A stretch of 64,000 bases of DNA from Tubulanus polymorphus (taxonomy: Eukaryota > Animalia > Nemertea), in assembly GCF_964204645.1 (NCBI RefSeq), contig NC_134026.1:23098150-23162149 (forward strand), in the 5' to 3' direction. The position numbers and the translations under genes are program-made. Under the pieces are notes generated by a model. It saw only the letters and a list, made by a program, of their open reading frames with translations, ran no database searches and had not been told where the DNA came from. How positions within the stretch are numbered: the stretch's first letter is position 1; every line of letters begins with the position of its first letter. Positions 61,201 through 64,000 of the stretch are shown here, one piece after another.

Positions 61201-64000
61201 GGTCAAAGCCTCTACTGAACTTAGAAAAATGACAACACTCTCTGATGCTATAAATGAGGGTTTCTTTGATCCAAAATCAATGAAAATTCATGATCCAATG
61301 TCAGGTCGGGATTTGACTGTTAATGAAGCAATTAAAGCTGGATTAATTAAGAGCCCAGAATTAACACTTGCTCAAGCAGTCGAGCTGGGCATATATGATC
61401 CTGATTCTGGAATCATGAAAGATCCACGAACAGGAAGCAATATCTTACTTAAAGATGCCATTAGAAGTGGAATTTTGAAAAGACCATTGTTAAATTTCAA
61501 TGAAGCACTCCACATGGGCTTGTATGATCCGGAGACAGGTCATTTGTCAGACCCAGTTTCAGGCAGTGATATAAGTATTCAGGAGGCTGTTCATACTGGT
61601 TTAATGCAAAAGCCACTCTTGTCTCTTGATGATGCTATTAGGCTCGGGCTCTATGATCCTGGTAATGGGTTATTAACTGACCCAGCTACTGGTGAACAAA
61701 TTCCCCTGCAAGAGGCCTTGAATACTGACCTTATTGATGCAAATAAGACGCTCATACGAGATCCAAAGACAGGTAACATGATAACATTACAAACTGCTAT
61801 CAGTGAAGGAGTTGTAGATGCTGAAATAGGTACCATGATAGATCCAATTACTGGCGAAACCATACTTCTCTCTGAGGGATTGATCAAAGAAGTTATCAGC
61901 TCTAATACCATGGAAGAACGCAAAAAACAGCTTGCCTCGACATGTCCTGGTTTTACTGTCAATGAAGCAATTACCCAGGGACTCTTCAATCCTAAGACTG
62001 GTACGTTTACACATCCGAGAACAGGAAAACCATATTCTCTCCAAGAAGCAATAGATGCTGGCCTTCTAGATGGCAATGCATCTATCATTCATGATGGAAA
62101 TGAATCATTGACATTCATTGAAGCAATGGAAGTGGGCGTTGTTGATGGAATAACAGGCCGTATTATTGATCAAAATACCGGAGAAGTGATAAACCTTAAT
62201 ACTGCATTAAAGAAAGGTATTGTTTCAGAAGTGAAACCAGTATCACTTCAGGAATATATTGACAGTGAAATGTTTGATGAGTCCTTGGAACAATTCCTTG
62301 ATCCAAGAACTGGACAAGTGATAAGTTTTGCTGAGGCAGTGCGACACGGTATCATTGATGGTGAAGGAACTGTAGTGATTGGACTTGATGGAGAAGAGGT
62401 GAAATTATCAGATGCCTTGGAAAAAGGGATGATTGATAAAAAGACAGGTATGATGAAAGATCGATCCACTGGTGAAGCAATTTCGCTCACAGAACTTGAG
62501 AATAAAGGTTTAATCAAACCCGTATCAAAAATAACCATTGTTCCAGATGCCATTGGGGAGAAAATAGTGGATTGTGAAATTGACCCGGTTAAACCAAATT
62601 CAAAGGAAAGTCCTTGTCAAAAAGTTTCAGGATATGCAAATGGAGAAGAGAGTAAATTTGGTTTATATGATACATCGGTTCAAGCCAGTTCCATCCCTGA
62701 AAGTAAAGATGATACACAAGAGGTTGATACAGAGTCCTCCAAATTCAATTTGCAACCTTTGATGGAAACAACAAGTACTGAGTCAAGTAATGTAGATTTC
62801 TCAAGTGTGAAAGATAAAGCGAAGGACGTTGGTAGAATGGTTGGATTAGGTTTGCTAGGGGCTACGGCTCTTCCTGCAATCGGTATAGCAGCTGCTGTGA
62901 AGAAAGGGCTCGATTATGCAGAGGTTGCAAGTAAAAGCAATATGCCAAATCAAAGCATGGGTGTTGTGAATCTTGAAAGTAAGTTTCCCATTGAGGAAGA
63001 GAATACCAATGATTTTATTAACAACAGAGACAAAAAAGTCTCCCTTCAACAAGCCATTGACGATGGAGGAGTTGATCCCAACGCAGGAAAAGTTGTAGAT
63101 CAAACTAGTGGACACACAATTACATTAGGTGAAGCCATGAAACAAGATTTGATTGTTTCTGATGAAAAGCCTGAAGCGATGACTCTAAATGAAGCTACTG
63201 AGAAGGGAATCTTTAACCCACATACGAATACATTCACTGACCCTAAAACTGGAAATATAATGACACTGGAAGACACTATAAGCAGTGGTTTGATCGATGA
63301 TGAAGAAACAAAAGTAACAACTCCAACAGGCGAGACAATCTCCCTTCAACAGGCTATTGAAGATGGATTGGTTGATCCTAACGCAGGAAAAGTCTTAGAT
63401 CAAACTAGTGGACACACATTAGGTGAAGCGATGAATCAAGATTTGATTGTATCCGATGAAAAGCCTGAAGCGATGACTCTAAATGAAGCTATTGAGAAAG
63501 GAATCTTTTACCCACGTACAAATACATTCACTGATCCTAAAACTGGAAATATAATGACACTGGAAGACGCTATAAGCAGTGGTTTAATCGATGATGAAGA
63601 AACCAAAATCACAACTCCTACAGGTGGAACTATCTCCCTTCAACAGGCTATCGAAAATGGAGTGGTTGATCCTAGTACTGGAAAAGTTGTAGATCAAACT
63701 AGTGGATACACGATTACATTAGGTGAAGCCATGAAACAAGATTTGATTGTATCCGATGAAAAGCCTGCTGCGATGACTTTAAATGAAGCTGCTGAGAAAG
63801 GAATTTTTAACCCACGTACAAATACATTCACTGACCCTAAAACTGGAAATATAATGACACTGGAAGAAGCTATAAGCAGTGGTTTGATCGACGATCAAGA
63901 AACCAAAATCACAACTCCGACAGGTGAAACTATCTCCCTTCAACAGGCTATTGAAGATGGAGTGGTTGATCCTAACACAGGAAAGGTTGTAGATCAAACT
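13023..64000 (+). CDS. MACF1: Spectraplakin (MACF1/dystonin/plectin/Shot/VAB-10 family), 5' part, 3'-truncated; 29 exons and >7600 codons in the window
   Basis: [12 protein letters not shown]|[23 protein letters not shown]1 ([27 protein letters not shown]), CH2 ([27 protein letters not shown]), plakin repeats ([13 protein letters not shown]), SH3 (KWQIRN...[13 protein letters not shown]), then plectin-type repeats. All junctions are GT-AG and in phase. The symbol is given at family level only. Confidence 0.93.
14546..14630 (+). CDS. MACF1: Spectraplakin alternative first exon B ([28 protein letters not shown])
   Basis: ATG-initiated and stop-free; consensus phase-1 donor G|GTAAGT joins exon 16709 to form the D of DERD. 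Confidence 0.7.
16709..16770 (+). CDS. MACF1: CH1 exon ([21 protein letters not shown])
   Basis: tttgtag acceptor, GTGAGT donor, signature actin-binding motif. Confidence 0.95.
16907..17207. mobile_element. Non-autonomous element with multiple subterminal inverted repeats
   Basis: ggtaaaaatcccc-type copies on the left (16918-16955) and five or so gggatttttacc-type copies on the right (17124-17200); flanked by TAGGA at 16902-16906 and 17208-17212. Confidence 0.6.
21121..21186 (+). CDS. MACF1: Candidate alternative exon ([22 protein letters not shown])
   Basis: ATG, 22 codons, perfect donor CAG|GTAAGT, phase 0 matching exon 25143. Confidence 0.45.
23883..23900 (+). CDS. MACF1: 18-nt microexon HWIYQR (equivalent to plectin exon 2-alpha)
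   Basis: tttctattatgcag|CATTGGATTTATCAAAGG|GTTTGT, phase 0/0, between KHLKK and VKLEIK; TGCATG at 23961. Confidence 0.75.
25143..25232 (+). CDS. MACF1: CH1 exon ([15 protein letters not shown]...SGETL)
   Basis: ttctag acceptor, GTAAGC donor. Confidence 0.95.
25245..25510. mobile_element. MITE, 266 bp, with 5-bp target-site duplication ACCTC
   Basis: TIRs cagggccgtcggaa and ttctgatggctctg (11/14 match); ACCTC at 25240-25244 and 25511-25515; GC-rich interior. Confidence 0.8.
25671..25748 (+). CDS. MACF1: CH1 exon ([26 protein letters not shown])
   Basis: ttttcag acceptor, GTTTGT donor, conserved motif. Confidence 0.95.
26810..26902 (+). CDS. MACF1: Last CH1 exon ([31 protein letters not shown])
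   Basis: Canonical end-of-CH1 motif; GT-AG sites. Confidence 0.96.
28029..28289 (+). CDS. MACF1: Alternative first exon C (CH1-less isoform, 87 aa)
   Basis: ATG ORF ending GAG|GTAAGA in phase 0 with the CH2 exon at 32190; TATAAA at 27919-27924. Confidence 0.65.
30633..30640 (+). promoter_or_regulatory. TATA box upstream of alternative first exon D
   Basis: TATATAAG 84 nt before ATG 30717, enclosed by the inverted repeat ctcggct/agccgag. Confidence 0.5.
30717..31196 (+). CDS. MACF1: Alternative first exon D (CH1-less isoform, 160 aa, [12 protein letters not shown]...)
   Basis: Protein-like composition; GAG|GTGAGT phase-0 donor compatible with exon 32190. Confidence 0.78.
32190..32356 (+). 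CDS. MACF1: CH2 exon 1 (ISDVVVPGQ...IIHRH)
   Basis: tttcag acceptor, AG|GTAAGA donor; DFTDSWRDG. Confidence 0.95.
34327..34442 (+). CDS. MACF1: CH2 exon 2 (PDLVDF...[10 protein letters not shown])
   Basis: Phase 2/1 GT-AG; conserved CH2 sequence. Confidence 0.93.
34540..34646 (+). CDS. MACF1: CH2 exon 3 ([21 protein letters not shown]...)
   Basis: Phase 1/0 GT-AG. Confidence 0.93.
34920..35039 (+). CDS. MACF1: Plakin-domain exon (EQQLKWEEY...LPELR)
   Basis: tttcag acceptor, GTAAGG donor, 40 codons. Confidence 0.9.
36941..37036 (+). CDS. MACF1: Plakin-domain exon (ALLKEFNRF...HELQ)
   Basis: GT-AG, phase 0/0. Confidence 0.9.
37322..37449 (+). CDS. MACF1: Plakin-domain exon (GLSNNGKF...QAEIA)
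   Basis: GT-AG, phase 0/2. Confidence 0.88.
37529..37786 (+). CDS. MACF1: Plakin-domain exon ([10 protein letters not shown]...QMYQ)
   Basis: Conserved LERLQ motif; phase 2/2. Confidence 0.92.
37943..38147 (+). CDS. MACF1: Plakin-domain exon (VNQLHQTW...WVQGKQ)
   Basis: Phase 2/0 GT-AG. Confidence 0.9.
38238..38366 (+). CDS. MACF1: Plakin-domain exon ([12 protein letters not shown]...ADK)
   Basis: GT-AG, phase 0/0. Confidence 0.9.
38446..38523 (+). CDS. MACF1: Plakin-domain exon (RTLSQEEQ...AHLM)
   Basis: GT-AG, phase 0/0. Confidence 0.88.
38599..38760 (+). CDS. MACF1: Plakin-domain exon (…[17 protein letters not shown]…RDW…YYE)
   Basis: Conserved plakin spectrin-repeat motif. Confidence 0.93.
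39517..39537 (+). CDS. MACF1: Candidate 21-nt microexon HGFPWTK
   Basis: Polypyrimidine tract and ttttag|, donor AAG|GTGTGG, phase 0/0, two TGCATG downstream. Confidence 0.4.
40165..40292. mobile_element. Degenerate short MITE-like remnant
   Basis: Imperfect inverted ends agggcagatccag and ctggatccacctctg. Confidence 0.35.
40495..40599 (+). CDS. MACF1: Plakin-domain exon (SLMSDLE...HPAAKTIE)
   Basis: Conserved HPA motif; GT-AG. Confidence 0.93.
40687..40905 (+). CDS. MACF1: Plakin-domain exon ([16 protein letters not shown]...REMQ)
   Basis: Signature plakin motif; GT-AG. Confidence 0.95.
40983..41129 (+). CDS. MACF1: Plakin-domain exon (ELREAL...LCSYKQLN), start of SH3
   Basis: GT-AG, phase 0/0. 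Confidence 0.92.
41215..41369 (+). CDS. MACF1: SH3 exon ([15 protein letters not shown]...[15 protein letters not shown])
   Basis: Plakin SH3 motif; phase 0/2. Confidence 0.94.
41475..41770 (+). CDS. MACF1: Plakin-domain exon (LRAQFEQL...AQLE)
   Basis: Phase 2/1 GT-AG. Confidence 0.92.
42162..42316 (+). CDS. MACF1: Plakin-domain exon (QMARG...QAHK)
   Basis: Phase 1/0 GT-AG. Confidence 0.9.
42397..42557 (+). CDS. MACF1: Plakin-domain exon (EFEKLIQ...[10 protein letters not shown])
   Basis: Phase 0/2 GT-AG. Confidence 0.9.
42637..42775 (+). CDS. MACF1: Plakin-domain exon (LKAMEILL...SEYQ)
   Basis: Phase 2/0 GT-AG. Confidence 0.9.
43094..43284 (+). CDS. MACF1: Plakin-domain exon (ELQSSL...QIAD)
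   Basis: Phase 0/2 GT-AG; spectrin-repeat Trp. Confidence 0.9.
43366..43531 (+). CDS. MACF1: Plakin-domain exon (IRTSE...ESTM)
   Basis: Phase 2/0 GT-AG. Confidence 0.88.
44216..44518 (+). CDS. MACF1: Last plakin-domain exon ([10 protein letters not shown]...RTVQ)
   Basis: Phase 0/0 GT-AG, 101 codons. Confidence 0.88.
44605..57378 (+). CDS. MACF1: Giant plectin-repeat exon 1 (12774 nt, 4258 codons)
   Basis: Acceptor ttttttccag|CTA is in frame with the 4284-aa ORF; dozens of DPxTG...(L/I)xEAIxxGL(I/V)D repeats; donor CAG|GTAAGC. Confidence 0.93.
57992..64000 (+). CDS. MACF1: Giant plectin-repeat exon 2 (>6009 nt, runs off the window; absent from the ORF track because it has no stop)
   Basis: Acceptor cttctttacag|GGA ATT AGG, phase 0; reads [23 protein letters not shown]... 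and the same repeats continue in frame to 64000. An in-frame upstream AG at 57937 is a possible alternative acceptor. Confidence 0.92.
63038..64000 (+). repeat. Coding tandem repeat, 300-nt (100-aa) unit, at least 3.2 copies
   Basis: Anchor tcccttcaac at 63041, 63341, 63635 and 63935; one unit has an in-frame 6-nt deletion. Confidence 0.92.

Noticed and set aside
45580-63997. Numerous minus-strand ORFs opposite the giant exons
   Set aside because: These are antisense shadows of the repetitive coding frame (Ser/Ile/Pro-rich), with no independent gene signals.
63038-64000. CRISPR-like or non-coding repeat array
   Set aside because: The units are contiguous, frame-preserving coding repeats with no unique spacers, in a eukaryotic gene.

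Overview
AT-rich, intron-containing animal genomic DNA (bilaterian invertebrate, probably lophotrochozoan; the taxon is inferred) carrying two head-to-head genes. On the minus strand is a complete 7-exon nucleoredoxin (NXN, 4133-11115, about 422 aa) with two intact CxxC sites. On the plus strand is the 5' part of a giant spectraplakin (MACF1/dystonin/plectin/Shot/VAB-10 family, 13023 to beyond 64000, >7600 codons in the window). It encodes a CH1-CH2 actin-binding domain and a plakin domain with SH3, followed by two giant plectin-repeat exons (12.8 kb and >6 kb). Manual splice-phase reading suggests a complex isoform system: at least four and possibly six alternative first exons, including a CH1-less, Cys-rich/polybasic, FFAT-like N-terminus. 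It also suggests an 18-nt HWIYQR microexon at the position of plectin exon 2-alpha, a second candidate microexon, hydrophobic Pro-kinked segments within the repeat region, nested repeat expansions, and a candidate internal NXN promoter. Several MITE-like elements lie in introns and the UTR. All exon boundaries were read by eye from GT-AG sites and reading-frame continuity; no transcript or database evidence was available.
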